Of a stretch of DNA of 64,000 nt, positions 52,745 to 64,000 are shown piece by piece. This DNA is from Octopus bimaculoides (lineage: Eukaryota). Both the position numbers and the translations under genes were made by a program. The notes beneath the pieces are model-generated. The model did not search any database, was not told the DNA's origin, and was given only the letters and a program-made list of their open reading frames with translations. Positions within the stretch are counted from its first letter, which is position 1. Each line of letters opens with the position of its first letter. The stretch covers positions 25,673,008 through 25,737,007 of the forward strand of contig NC_069006.1 in assembly GCF_001194135.2 (NCBI RefSeq), given 5' to 3'.

Positions 52745-53006
52745 ATTTATGTATATATATATATATAAATAAAGTATGTATGTATGTGTATATATATAAA
52801 GTATTTATGTGTATATATATATAATGTTTTGTGTCCATTATGGAAAAAGACTTAATATTCATTATTGCCCAGGAGGTCCATTGGTGGTTTTGTCATATTG
52901 TTGTCTTGATGGTGATGCTGTTGTTGTTGCTTTGGTAGTGGTGGTGGCAGTGGTGGAGCAACGGCAGTGGTGGTGATGGTGGCAGTAGTGTGTATGTATC
53001 TGTGTG

Positions 53007-53042
<36 letters not shown>

Positions 53043-53539
53043 NNNNNNNNNNAGCGAGAGATTGGGGCAAGCTAATCCGTGTCTGCAGGAATTGGGTAAG
53101 AAATACCAGTTTCAAATTTTGGAACATGGTCAGTAATATCAAAGGAGGATGTAAGTAAATTACACCAACCCAGTATTTAACTGGTACTTATTTTATCAAT
53201 CCCGAAGGACGAAAGGAAAAGCTGACCATAGCAAACTCCTGTAAGAAACATTAAATATGGAAGGTGTTAGCGGCATACTACAATGCCAAGAGAAGAAGGG
53301 ACGTCTAAATATTGAACATTAGAAATATGTTTGTGTGTTTAGTGAAGCAGTTTGGTTAATGTTTCTGTGGATTGGAAACCCATGAAAATGGTGTGGATGA
53401 CTGAGAAGCAGAGAGAAATACAAAGAACTCACCGTGTCTTTGAGCTTTCTGGCAGGGCATTCCATATTGCAGCATCAAGGTAACTTTATAAAGAAAGATA
53501 CAAAAATATATTCTTGTGGTTGATGTGAACAGATCATAA

Positions 53540-53570
<31 letters not shown>

Positions 53571-56500
53571 CGCACACACGATGAAAGAAGTGATGAGGTT
53601 TGGTTAAAATGTTAGAGACACGCTAAAGGAAATTGTTCACTTGGACTCTTGGGGAGAGAGAGAGAGATGTTCTGAATAAGTGGATTAGAACTGACCAACA
53701 TCTGCTTAAGTTATAGTAGCAATCATGCACATTTAGTGTGTGGGGTCACTATAGTAGCGGCAGGCAGCAAAGTTTCGCATGGTTGATGGAGTTGACAGAT
53801 AACTAACAAGACATCATTTGAACACAGTAAACATCTTTGTGATTCTATGGCAGCCATAATGGACCCAATTCTGCTAATTAGACATAAAAGGGATAGTTAT
53901 TCTCTATGAATGTATTCAACTTTTCTGTAGAGCTTCAATTAGTCCTTTCGTTACCTCATAGATGCCATTCCTTAGGCTAAACTAATCAACTGAATTTCGT
54001 CTTTAGATCCCAGCAGGAGCTGTAGCATTTCCTTGAATACCAAAGTTCTTCAAGTTCTGGAGATCATATTGGTTTAAAGAATGTAAAGAAAAATAACGAT
54101 CTGATATGTCTATGCAAGAAATTAAGTTAATACTATTCCAAGAGGACAGTCACCATTTTGATATACGTCAAAGAATTAGTCAACGTCTGTCTTTGGAATA
54201 TTTTATTTATTTGTTGGTTGGCTGGATTCTTTAAAATAATTTACTTTTGAAAAACTAAAATTTACCATTTTTTTTTCTTAAAAAAAAAAAAAGAGACTTT
54301 TTTGTATTCTTCAACTACGACTTCACCTAAACTTTACCATTTCCTCTTAGAATGGTGTCTTTTAATCTTCTGTCAGTAAATGTATCCATTGCAGCAGACA
54401 CAGCTAGAACTTTTTGTAGATTGTGTTTCCTTTCTTCTCTTTTCTTTTTTTGTTGAGTTAGAGGAACAATGTTCATAATTTGTGTGGATTCTAAAAAAAT
54501 AATAATCAGGAGCTAAAGATGGTAATTAAAGTCTAAGGAATTTTGGGGATTGGAATCCATGGGAGGGACTGGAATTCCATAAGGTACCTGTGTTCATTTT
54601 GAATACAGTTACTCTATGCAAAGTTTGACATTTGTATGAAAGGTTTTGTGAAAGGCCCTAACCACTAAGCCACACACTTTCACATACATAAATATATATA
54701 TATACACACACACACACACAAACTTTAGCCAATGCCAAAAAGGAATAAAATCTTACTTTGTGTATAAGTGTATGGCTTTTGCAAGTTCCTCTTCATAATC
54801 TGCAAGGTCCACAGCACCAGGGTTTACCAAATTCATTTCCATTCCTTTCTCTTCCAGTAAATAAGCGAAAGGGAAGACCTAAGCAAAAGATACAATGTTT
54901 CTGATAGCTTAGGCATTTCTTCAAAGATGGGTTAGATGTGTTTGCAAAGTTTGTATAGAACATTATGTTATTGATAGTGTTAATGGTAAAAATGGATTAG
55001 ATAGATCTGCAAAGTCTCTAAAATATTGGTTTCAAATTTTGGCACAAGGCCAGCAATTTTGGAGGATGGGGTAAGCTGATTACATGAACCCCAGAATTCA
55101 ACTGAGGCTCATATTGACCCCTAAAAGGATGAAAAGCAAAGTCGACATAGGTGGAATTTGATCTCAGAACATTTTGGAAGTTGACAATATTATATACAAT
55201 TTTGTGCATTAAAATTCTACCAGATGCCACAAAGTTTGGAACATGCCCCCCACCCAAGTTCTTCCTTTCATATACGATAGTATATCTCTCTCTTTCGTGT
55301 TCAAGGGAGTAAAGATGCAGAGCTTTTGGATGTTCCCAGTAGTTAAGTTGTTGAGATATCTGTATGCTAGTTGCAAGATATATCACCATCATTAAATGTT
55401 CTTTGCAACCCTTCAATATTTCTTCTATGAGACTGGAAGAGTTTGGAGAACAACATTGACATGGCATTGCTTACCTCTTTAAAAACCCTTGTCAGGGCAT
55501 GTTTGTTGAGTACAGGGATGTATTTGGCTCCATGTGGGATACATGTGGAAGAGAGAACATCAAGCAGAGACAATTTCTTTCTTCTGAGGCTGTTATGTCT
55601 CAACCATTCTTTTATAATGGATCTTGGCTTTTTCTCTCTGAAAAATCATGATAATAACGGAATCGGTAAGTGAAGAACCATAGCTTGAAAAGTCAGTGGG
55701 TGCACAACAACAACAACAAACACTATCTGTCCCCTCCTCATCCATTCCTTTGTATTGCTAAACCCTATCCCTTGTGGCAATGGTTCCCAAACATTTTCAG
55801 GCTGCTACTCGGACCTCAATTCTAGCGCCCCCCCTCCACCACTCACCACCACAAACATAGACCGTTTCCTGCAATAAAACTTAACCTAACTAATCCTTTA
55901 TTCTTGTTTGTTTTTATATCCTTCGTCCCCGTTTACATCCCCCCATTATTACCCCCTTTTGGCCACCCAAATTACTGCCCTCATTTGGCCACTTTATTAT
56001 TGTCCCTTTTTGGCCACCCCATTATCACTCCACTTTTCTTCAATGCCCCCCTGAATCCTTCCACCACCCCTGGGGCAGGGGTAGTGAAAATGAGACGGTC
56101 TTCATAAATATAATGATATCAAAGAAGTTTAAAAAGGCTTTGCAAAGGTCACTTCCTGTGATAATGACCTAATAACGACCTCAAGAGTGGTCAAAGTTTA
56201 TACATTTCGTAACTGACCATTACTTACCTCAATATCAATGGTGGTCTGGGGCACACAGGATAGCTGTTTGCTTTGCTTTCAGCTTCTGTAAAAGAATGAG
56301 GTTGAGGTTTAGACAATCTTGTTCTTCTTCTTGTTATTGTATGATGATGGTGGTGGTGGTGGTGGAATTATTGCAGATGATTTCACTGTTGTATGGTTGT
56401 GGCAGCAGCAGTGATGGTGATGGTTGTGGTGGTGGTGGTGGACGTGGTTTTGGAGATAGTAGTTATTTCATATGGTTTCACTGTTGTTGATGTTTATGAT

Positions 56501-59500
56501 AATGTCTTTCCAGTCATGACCATCCTCATGTATGTTATTGTATGTCTAAAACCACACCATCTAGTTCAGTGGTTCCCAATGATTTTTCACCGATGGACCC
56601 CTTTTAATCCCCATTTTACTCTGTCGGACCCCTCATAGCCATTTGATGCTTTGCAAAAACCCCATTACATTTTTATGATTAAATATTATTGGGAATTGTA
56701 AAAAAAAAAAAAAAATTATTTTGTATTTTGTAGAAATATAACCAGTTTGTTTATTGCCCCTAAATTTTTGCAGCAAAATCTTTTGTAGACCCTTAAGGGT
56801 CATAAGGAGCGCCCGACATGATTCTGGACAAATATATAAAAACACTACGCTCATTATTACACCAATGTGAAGAATGTAGAATATTCTGTGAGTGAGGCTT
56901 ACTTTTTTCTTGAGTCTCTCTGCTTGTTGGTCTACTCCCCTTCTTTTTGTTCTTAAGCCTGAGGTAACTGGTCTTTGTTGAACCTGAAATAATATACAGA
57001 GAGAGATAAGGCTGTAGACTCTCAGAATGGTTAGCATGGCAGGCAAAATGCTTAGTGGCATTTCAACTGTCTTTATGTTCTGAGTACAAAATGAGTTGTG
57101 TTTGTCATTCAAGAGGACCCAGCCTTGTCACATTCTGTTTCACACTGAATCTTCCTGTGAACTACATTAAGGAAACACATGTCTGTGGAGTCCTCAGCCA
57201 CTTACATGTTAATTTCATGAGCAGGCTGTTCTGTTGATTGGATCAGTTGGAACCCTCATCATCATAGGATAACCCAATCACCATTCCTCTAAACTACAAT
57301 TAGAACTCTGCCTCTAATTTAGGGAGAAAGTTAATTGTGTCCTTTTAAATAATTACTTTAAAACAATAAAGAAAATATTTTAAGACAGGGAAGGAATTTT
57401 GTTCTTACCAGCAAAGAGAATGTTTTTCTGTTGTGGGGGAAATTTGTGAGATTTTTCTTTGTAGTAAAAGGATTCTGGATTCTTCTGGAAAGAATAACAT
57501 TTCCTTGGAATTGAATAAGTTGGTACAGGAGATTCCAATTGAACCACTGATTGATAAGTACCTTTGGAAGAAAGATCTGAAGAAGCGGAACCCTCACACG
57601 ACAGGAAAGAATTATTTCTGTAAGACAAAGGATCACCATTAGTATTCGTTGGTAAACAGCAAAAGTTTTTTTCTTTCACAGCAACGTGACATTTTGGTTA
57701 TTAAGGATAACTTACCAAGAAAGCAGCAGAATTGTTTTCAGGCAAAATTCTTAGTGAATTCTTAGTGAATCCCAAAGAATCCCTCTCAACACGTAGCTAT
57801 ATACTCCAAACTAATTATATGCAGAGTTCTTTATTATATTAGGTAGATTATATATACATCATTATACATTATTATGTGTAATGTAAAGACTCAATTATGA
57901 AAAATAAAAACTAATGAAAAATATTGCTTACAAAAGAATTTGCCATGGTAATAATTTGTTATTTCAATGGCAGAAGAAAATATAAACAGGTGCTTTCTTA
58001 CATTTTATTGTCCTTTATGCGACTGATTTCTTTCTTCCAAACTGCAGTGGTGCAGTGGTTCCTAAGTTTTGACATGAAATCCAAATTCTTAGAAGCTTCT
58101 TTTAGTTCTTCTTCTAATAAACGCTGATCATCGCTCTGATTTTGGAACAAATAAGGAACGAGACCAAAAACTGAGTAAAAGTATATATATAATGGTACCT
58201 CTGTGATAAATTATATACAATGGTAACCATATAGTACATTATAGTATATTTAATACGTACAGTATAAAATAGTGTATGTAATGCTAACTATATATATTAC
58301 ATTTTATTTAGTAAAAACTACACTGGGTGCTTTTGGAGTTCCACTCTGTTGTCATTCATTTTAACACCACCAGATGGTCCTTGGGTACTTTTAGACAAAT
58401 CCACCCTGTTGCTAATGTGCCAGCTAAGTTTCTTGTTTGAGGATAACTTCTTCTATTCTTCCTGTCAGCATCAGTTAAAATAATCAAAGCTAAGCAGGTC
58501 TAAACAGCACTAACAACAACAACAACAATTATGGCAGTAATTAAAACAATTATGAAATGGAGGCTGTAAATTAATTGTACTTTACCTTCCAACAATGTGG
58601 TTGACATATATGAGGGCCAGTGTTACAATTATAATGATGGTAACGACCATCTGTTAATTGAGCAAGTTGACAGAGAAACTCATTAGCTTCCACATCATTA
58701 CAGTTGAATGAAACTGTGTGCACTGGAATTGTGGGATACATATCCACCTGAGACAGAAGAAGTTTGGCTGGCTGGAACATGGAGATTAAAGGAAGTCAAT
58801 TAGTTGGTTGGTTAACTAGCTAACCAATTGACAAATAATAATAATAAAGAAGTGATGGTGAACCAGTGCATGTATATATCATTTTTGTTGGCATAATGAC
58901 CCTCCCAAGACACATCGAAATCTGGGTGTGTTTACATCCACATAACTTAGCAGTTTGGCGAAAGAAACCAATAGAATAAGTACCAGGTTTTCAAAAAGAA
59001 GTCCTGGGGTCGATTTGTTTCACTAGAAATTCCTCAGTGTGGTGCTCCAGCATGGCCACAGTTTAATGACTGAACCAAGTAAAAGACAAGATAAGCGAAA
59101 AATATAAACATGCATACATATGCATGTGTGTGTGTGTGTGCATGAGTGTGTGTGTGCATGAGTGTGTGTGTACGTGTGTGCATGTCTGTGTGTGTGTGTG
59201 TGAACATGTTTATATGCATGAGTATTTATGTGTGTGTGTGTATGAGTGTACATATACACATGTATATACACGTATTTGTGTAAGTTTGAGAGTTGTGCAT
59301 GCATGTGTATGTGAGAGAGAGAGAGAGAGAGTGCGTGTGTGTGTGTGTGAGTGTAACTGTAGGTATGTGTACAGCAGCCCTTCAAAAAAAAAAAAAACCC
59401 AGAGAGCATCCAACCTTACATTCACATAACATTCGAACAATTTGCCCCAAATTATCAAATATGAACTCAAACACTGAACAGAAACACTTTGTCATTCACT

Positions 59501-60133
59501 GAAGCCAACTTTAATGTGACCTCAGGGTGGTATGGCAATACATCCGATAACCATTAACAGTCATCTTTAAAAGATTATGTAAGATACCAGTGATCTGGTA
59601 CAAACCACCATATGACATTACTATTCAAACCAATTTTACAAAAACGTTTTATTTTCCGACAATATATTCTCAAACGGCCACAAAATTACACAAAACAAAA
59701 ACAGAAAGATGAACTGCACGTGGAATGGGTCTAGGGCCATTAAAAATCACAATGGAAAATGTTGCAAATAAACCGAGAGCAGAATTGAATTGACATGCAG
59801 TTGCCATTGTGTAGCTTTGTTTTATATTGATATTCTACCTTTTCTACTTCACAGGCTCTTGTGAGTCAAACACACACACACACACGCACACATATGATAA
59901 TATAATATGATATACATGCACACATGCGTGATATGATATTACGAGAACTTGGTATGAAGCTTAAAATTCATGAGAGTTAAACAAAGAGGAAGAAGGTGTT
60001 TAAGCAAGACAGAGAGAGAGAGGGAGAGAGAGAGAGATAGTGAGAGGGAGAGATATGCATATATGTATGTGTTTGTGTGTATATATGTGCCATCAGTGGA
60101 TTATATATCCCCAAAGGAAGCACACTCTAAACA

Positions 60134-60222
<89 letters not shown>

Positions 60223-60289
60223 CATACAGAGAGACAAATCACTCTCTCTTTCTCTTTATATATGTGTGTGTATATACATACATACACAC

Positions 60290-60329
<40 letters not shown>

Positions 60330-60793
60330 CAGAGAGAGAGCGAGAGAGAAAGAAAGACAATGGGAAATAGGTAGATTGGTAGGTATGTAGAGATGGAGAG
60401 AGAGAAAAGTGTATGATTCAGAGCAAAGAAGAAAGAATGAGTGAGGCTTTGGAACTGAAATAGAAGGAGAGAGGGAAAGAGAGAGAGAGAGAGAGGGGGG
60501 GGGGCTGTCCAAGCGTCTGTCATAATTCCAATATTCGTCTTGAAGAGATGATGAGATCAGCAATCCCAGCAAAGATTTCCTCATTGTTCTTCTCTTTTTC
60601 TCTCGAAATATTAATTACATTTGTTGATTAATTACAATTCTTAAAAATAACGAGAAACGTAAGATTAATGAAAGTGGTACTTTTTGACATGTATGCATAC
60701 GTAACTACATGTGTGTGTGTGTGTGAACGTGTATAGTAGAACAGACATTTCTTAATATTTTAATTACCTTATTTCGAAAGTCATTTCGGATTC

Positions 60794-60826
<33 letters not shown>

Positions 60827-60973
60827 ACATGTCAGTGCATCTGTGTGCGTGAGTCTTTGTGTAAGTGTGTGTCTCTGTACGTAGGTCTGTTTGCTTGTGC
60901 ACAAATCTATATTTGCATGTATGTGTTGAATGTAGTCATCAGTGAGTGTGCATGTGTATGTGATTGTGTGACT

Positions 60974-61005
<32 letters not shown>

Positions 61006-61394
61006 TTGCATGTATGTATAAACACACATCTGTGTTTGCATACATACATATATAAATACATACATGCATATGTATATATAAAGATACATATATACATACA
61101 AACTCACACGCATATGAAATATGTGTGTGTATGCATGTTTATACGCTTGTATAAACATTTGTATTTGCTTATGTTGTATACAGTTGTGCAATGTATGTGT
61201 TTGTCATTATTCCGTTTTACTTCAAGATTTCTTGCCAACAGAGAAAGAACCGGTTTCTAACCTAGATCCAAGGCTCCTTCATTGAAATTTCAACATCAAC
61301 AACTGAGTATTTTTGTTTGTATGTATATGTTCAGATTTGTATGTTTTGCTTTCTCTATGTATTCTCACGCATATAGTTGCACATCTAGACTTGC

Positions 61395-61448
<54 letters not shown>

Positions 61449-61856
61449 NNNNNNNNNNNNNNNNNNNNNNNNNNNNNNNNNNNNNNNNNNNNNNNNNNNN
61501 NNNNNNNNNNNNNNNNNNNNNNNNNNNNNNNNNNNNNNNNNNNNNNNNNNNNNNNNNNNNNNNNNNNNNNNNNNNNNNNNNNNNNNNNNNNNNNNNNNNN
61601 NNNNNNNNNNNNNNNNNNNNNNNNNNNNNNNNNNNNNNNNNNNNNNNNNNNNNNNNNNNNNNNNNNNNNNNCCTATCTGTCTATATGAATCTTTTTCCAT
61701 CCATCCATCCATCTATTTGTCTGTCTCTCTGTCTCAGTCTGTTTTTCTTCCTGTCTGATTGCTTTCTCTCTATTTCTCTGTATACCTATCTCCACAGAAA
61801 GTAATTTTTTAAAATTACACTAAGAAGCAGGTATTATGTGGGCATGTATGTATTAC

Positions 61857-61907
<51 letters not shown>

Positions 61908-63463
61908 TACACATGTGTGTGCAAACTTTGTCCCTTGATGTTGGGACACCTTTTTTTCAGTTTTTATTTCTGTTTTGGTGGTCATGTGTGTGGAATGGAA
62001 TCAAAGTGGGACATGGGACCAAAATGGGTTGAGAAAGTCTCTGATGTAGACTGAATATATCGTTCCCTCATACAGGAAATTTCTTTGCAAATACTTGTAA
62101 GGGTTCTGCGAGTTCTTTGAAGTAAGTGAAGCATTCTTTGAACATTTAGAATTCTCCAACCTAATTTGTATTTTTGTGTCAAAGACTTCTTGATAAACTG
62201 AAATCATTTCTCAAATTGCACAGATAAATTAGATATAATTCTGTCCATTAAAACTTGCTCGTTATTATATTATTTAATTCAATCAGCTCTTTACCTTGTT
62301 ACCAGGACGTGTGGCTTTCATAATTCTCATTCATTTTTGTATGTTTTCTTCACCTTTTCAGTGATTTTTCTTGCATCTTTGACTTCTGAAGAATCAGGAA
62401 GTTTCCCCTTTGTTGTCTGCACACACATGCTTACCTTTTCTCTCTGCTCCCTGCTCTCTACACTTATGTCTGTATGTATGTATGTGTGTATGTATATACG
62501 TATGCATGTATGAATATATGAATTTGTGTATGTATGGATGTACGCATGCATGTTCATTCTAAGTATGTATGTATGTATAAGTATGAATGTAGGGATGCAT
62601 GTATGTATGCACATACGCACTCACCTTATCTCTGTCTCTCAATGATTTTATTTCCATTCCCCAATCCAATATATATGTATCTGCAATCTGTCGTATTTGT
62701 TTCTAGCTTTTACTCACTTACACACACGCACATACTGCGGCTTGCTGCATTCTAACAAACTGTGCAACCGAAGGCACCATGCAAAACAGATGTTAAAATC
62801 ACACACACACACATACATACCCACTAGTTCAATTCTCCGGCCTTGCCAGCTCTGGTCAAACCATCCAACCTATGCCAGCGTGGAAAACAAATGTTAAATG
62901 ATGATGATGATGATGATAACGACCAAATTTCAATAATGTTGTATTTTAAAATTCCTTTGAATGTCCCAAACAAAGCGATAAGCCACTTAATGTAGGGAGC
63001 TATGAAGAAGAAGAAGAAGGAATTGAGACGAAAGGAATGAGTTTAGTCTTGAAGAAGAAGGAGGAAAACAATGAAACGGAAGAGGAAACAATGCTACGAT
63101 CACAGAAAGACTTTGCTATTTGTGGGATTAAGATGGAGACATTGTGAGTTCCAAGTCAGGCAAGATGGCACAAACTCATCTGAAACTAAGAGAGGAAGTA
63201 GGACCAACTTCAGAAAACAAGTCGTTATATTCTACCTGATCTGGACGTCCGTCAGTCAGCAGGTAGATAGCTCGGGTGTGTGGGTCAGTGAGCGCAAGCT
63301 TCAGAGCTGTATATGTGTTGGTGCTTCCACAACAAACCTGCTTCCGGAGCCAACTGACTGCATCTCTATAGCAACACTGAGCTGCTTCTGCAAGGTTCTT
63401 CTTCCAAGCTGTGGCTGTTTTGTTGAAGATCACCAAATTGAAGGTTTTATCCTGCAACTGTTC
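48444..63463 (-). CDS. VWA3B: von Willebrand factor A domain-containing protein 3B, 3' part (10 exons; 5' exons lie beyond the window end)
   Basis: join(63463-63236,58771-58586,58135-58002,57617-57409,56983-56903,56285-56228,55637-55475,54878-54757,53483-53433,48642-48444) = 1431 nt = 476 codons + TAA. All introns are GT-AG and all phases match. Peptides [57 protein letters not shown]...IPH...YIPVLNKH...[31 protein letters not shown] are colinear with human VWA3B as I recall it. Confidence 0.9.
48790..49450 (+). mobile_element. longer, diverged family B element in the last VWA3B intron
   Basis: Pyrimidine-rich 5' region leading to aaaaagcacccactccactctgtaaag...gccagcatggaaaacagacatt...gatgacgatgat. 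Confidence 0.7.
49755..50030. repeat. (TATG)n / (TG)n compound microsatellite
   Basis: Visible directly. Confidence 0.95.
53433..53483 (-). CDS. VWA3B: VWA3B small exon ([18 protein letters not shown])
   Basis: ctttctttataaag|T acceptor, CG|gtgagt donor, 51 nt, phase 2-2; matches human RLNKIVWRALSQEEKEK. Confidence 0.87.
54757..54878 (-). CDS. VWA3B: VWA3B exon ([40 protein letters not shown])
   Basis: ttttgcttag|GTC acceptor, AA|gtaaga donor, 122 nt, phase 0-2; matches human VFPLAH...LINPQGAKLNIY. Confidence 0.9.
55017..55175 (-). mobile_element. SINE family A, diverged
   Basis: ggtttcaaattttggcacaaggccagc...aaaggatgaaaagcaaagtcgac...tctcagaac. Confidence 0.8.
55475..55637 (-). CDS. VWA3B: VWA3B exon ([29 protein letters not shown]...RVFKE)
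   Basis: tttttcag|A acceptor, GAG|gtaagc donor, 163 nt, phase 2-0; matches human WLKTYGLVAKKLTLMDALS...YVPVLDKHVVSKVFDE. Confidence 0.9.
56228..56285 (-). CDS. VWA3B: VWA3B small exon ([20 protein letters not shown])
   Basis: cttttacag|AA acceptor, AG|gtaagt donor, 58 nt; supplies exactly the phase 1-to-2 change needed between its neighbours. Confidence 0.78.
56567..56815 (+). mobile_element. hAT-like non-autonomous element
   Basis: cagtggttcccaat...gatggacccc; right end not clearly defined. Confidence 0.55.
56903..56983 (-). CDS. VWA3B: VWA3B exon ([27 protein letters not shown])
   Basis: tatttcag|GT acceptor, A|gtaagc donor, 81 nt, phase 1-1; STKTSYLR matches human STKTSLLR. Confidence 0.85.
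57020..57275 (+). mobile_element. SINE with a family A-type head and a different body
   Basis: aatggttagcatggcaggcaaaatgcttagtggcatt...gttctgag head matches family A, then continues into unrelated sequence. Confidence 0.6.
57409..57617 (-). CDS. VWA3B: VWA3B exon, poorly conserved linker (NNSFLSCEG...KNILFA)
   Basis: ctaat branch-like motif plus tttgtcttacag|A acceptor, TG|gtaaga donor, 209 nt, phase 2-1, open in the required frame. No recognisable homology. Confidence 0.75.
58002..58135 (-). CDS. VWA3B: VWA3B exon ([25 protein letters not shown]...KDNK)
   Basis: aatcag|AGC acceptor, AT|gtaaga donor, 134 nt, phase 0-2; resembles human NEDLTLLVKEMEQG..DLEKMQDL. Too short for the ORF track. 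Confidence 0.85.
58586..58771 (-). CDS. VWA3B: VWA3B exon, end of VWA domain ([10 protein letters not shown]...CQPHCWK)
   Basis: ttccag|CCA acceptor, AAG|gtaaag donor, 186 nt, phase 0-0. Confidence 0.92.
58920..59100 (+). mobile_element. SINE family C, 3' half
   Basis: ggtgtgtttacatcc...cttagcagtttggcgaaag...gtgctccagcatggccacag. Confidence 0.85.
59420..59710 (+). mobile_element. degenerate Penelope-like ORF fragment
   Basis: FEQFAPNYQ ... [20 protein letters not shown] ... SNGHK / LHK with frameshifts; matches the PLE motif IWFNPPYS..V.TN...HKLHKI. Confidence 0.6.
63236..63463 (-). CDS. VWA3B: VWA3B exon, VWA domain core ([13 protein letters not shown]...[12 protein letters not shown])
   Basis: tttgtag|GAA acceptor, CAG|gtagaa donor, 228 nt, phase 0-0; contains the LLTDG motif of VWA domains. 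Confidence 0.93.
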
Positions 63464-63904
63464 CTACAAATAGCACAACACAACAAATGATAATAATAAT
63501 AATATTAATAATCGTGTTAACTGGAGCGACTCCTGTACTGAGAAGAGCATTATCGCTGTGAAGACAACATCCATTCATGAATTTATTTATTTATTAATTT
63601 TTTTGCATACATATTTTACCTGTGAATTTGCATGTGTAAACTGGGAATGCATACAATGAGTTTCTCTGCCCTAGGTGTACAGAAAACACTCGGCGAGAAA
63701 TGGAAGAAAATTTGAAGTAAGAAGAAAAAAAAAACATAAGAGAAGTAGTAATACAACACGTAGGTGGTGGTTTCAAATCTCTTCGAGGAATTAGAAGAGA
63801 TCTAGTTAAAAATATTTATTTAAGCAACAAAATTTCTTTCTCATAAGTGTGACACACGTATAAAAAACAAATTGGCAAATTAATATTATTGATAATAATA
63901 ATAA

Positions 63905-64000
63905 TAATCATTCTTTCTGCTCTAGGAACAAGGCCTGAAATTATGGGGCAGGGGAATGGTTGATTATATTGACACCAGTATGCAACTGGTACTTATTTTA
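63905..64000 (-). mobile_element. SINE family A, cut by the window end
   Basis: acaaggcctgaaatt...ccagtatgcaactggtacttatttta. Confidence 0.85.

Noticed and set aside
55018-55467. 149-aa minus-strand ORF
   Set aside because: It lies in a VWA3B intron, starts just after a strong donor and ends in a SINE; no homology recognised.
61240-61300. Sixth hammerhead on the minus strand (GAAACCGGT after a short stem)
   Set aside because: No CUGANGA-like core at the right spacing; at best a badly decayed relic.
3996-61804. Most long ORFs in the supplied track (poly-S, K, R, H, HT, YI, CV, and X runs)
   Set aside because: They are translations of microsatellites and N gaps, open on several frames at once, with no protein signal.
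63619-63669. 51-nt upstream VWA3B exon (ctag|GGC...CAG|gtaaaa)
   Set aside because: Phase fits but GRETHCMHSQFTHANSQ bears no resemblance to the expected YILIDTS.SM VWA strand; the true exon is probably outside the window.

Overview
Eukaryotic, AT-rich, microsatellite-saturated genomic DNA with 14 assembly gaps (about 2.9 kb of N). The SINE and retroelement families look like those of octopus (coleoid cephalopod); this is inferred from recognised repeats, not from a search. The only gene I can name is the 3' part of VWA3B on the minus strand: 10 GT-AG exons from 63463 to 48444 that splice in phase into 476 codons plus a stop. It appears to end before the DUF4537-type C-terminal region of the vertebrate protein. 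The rest is tRNA-derived SINEs, an RTE LINE fragment, mariner and hAT derivatives, Penelope-like element (PLE) relics and simple repeats. Nearly all long ORFs in the supplied track are microsatellite or gap artefacts. The most interesting signal is five hammerhead-ribozyme-like motifs from four unrelated repeat contexts. They include an A6-to-U core variant, a pair of inverted copies with a U3/A8 covariant core flanking a PLE GIY-YIG fragment, and a long-stem-II hammerhead about 200 nt past the VWA3B stop on the antisense strand. Minimal hammerheads in PLEs are a known class, so any novelty lies in the variants and their activity, which I cannot test. A CpG-rich CCAAT promoter-like island with an ATG|GTAAGT exon end near 29.8-30.5 kb suggests a second, unidentified minus-strand gene.
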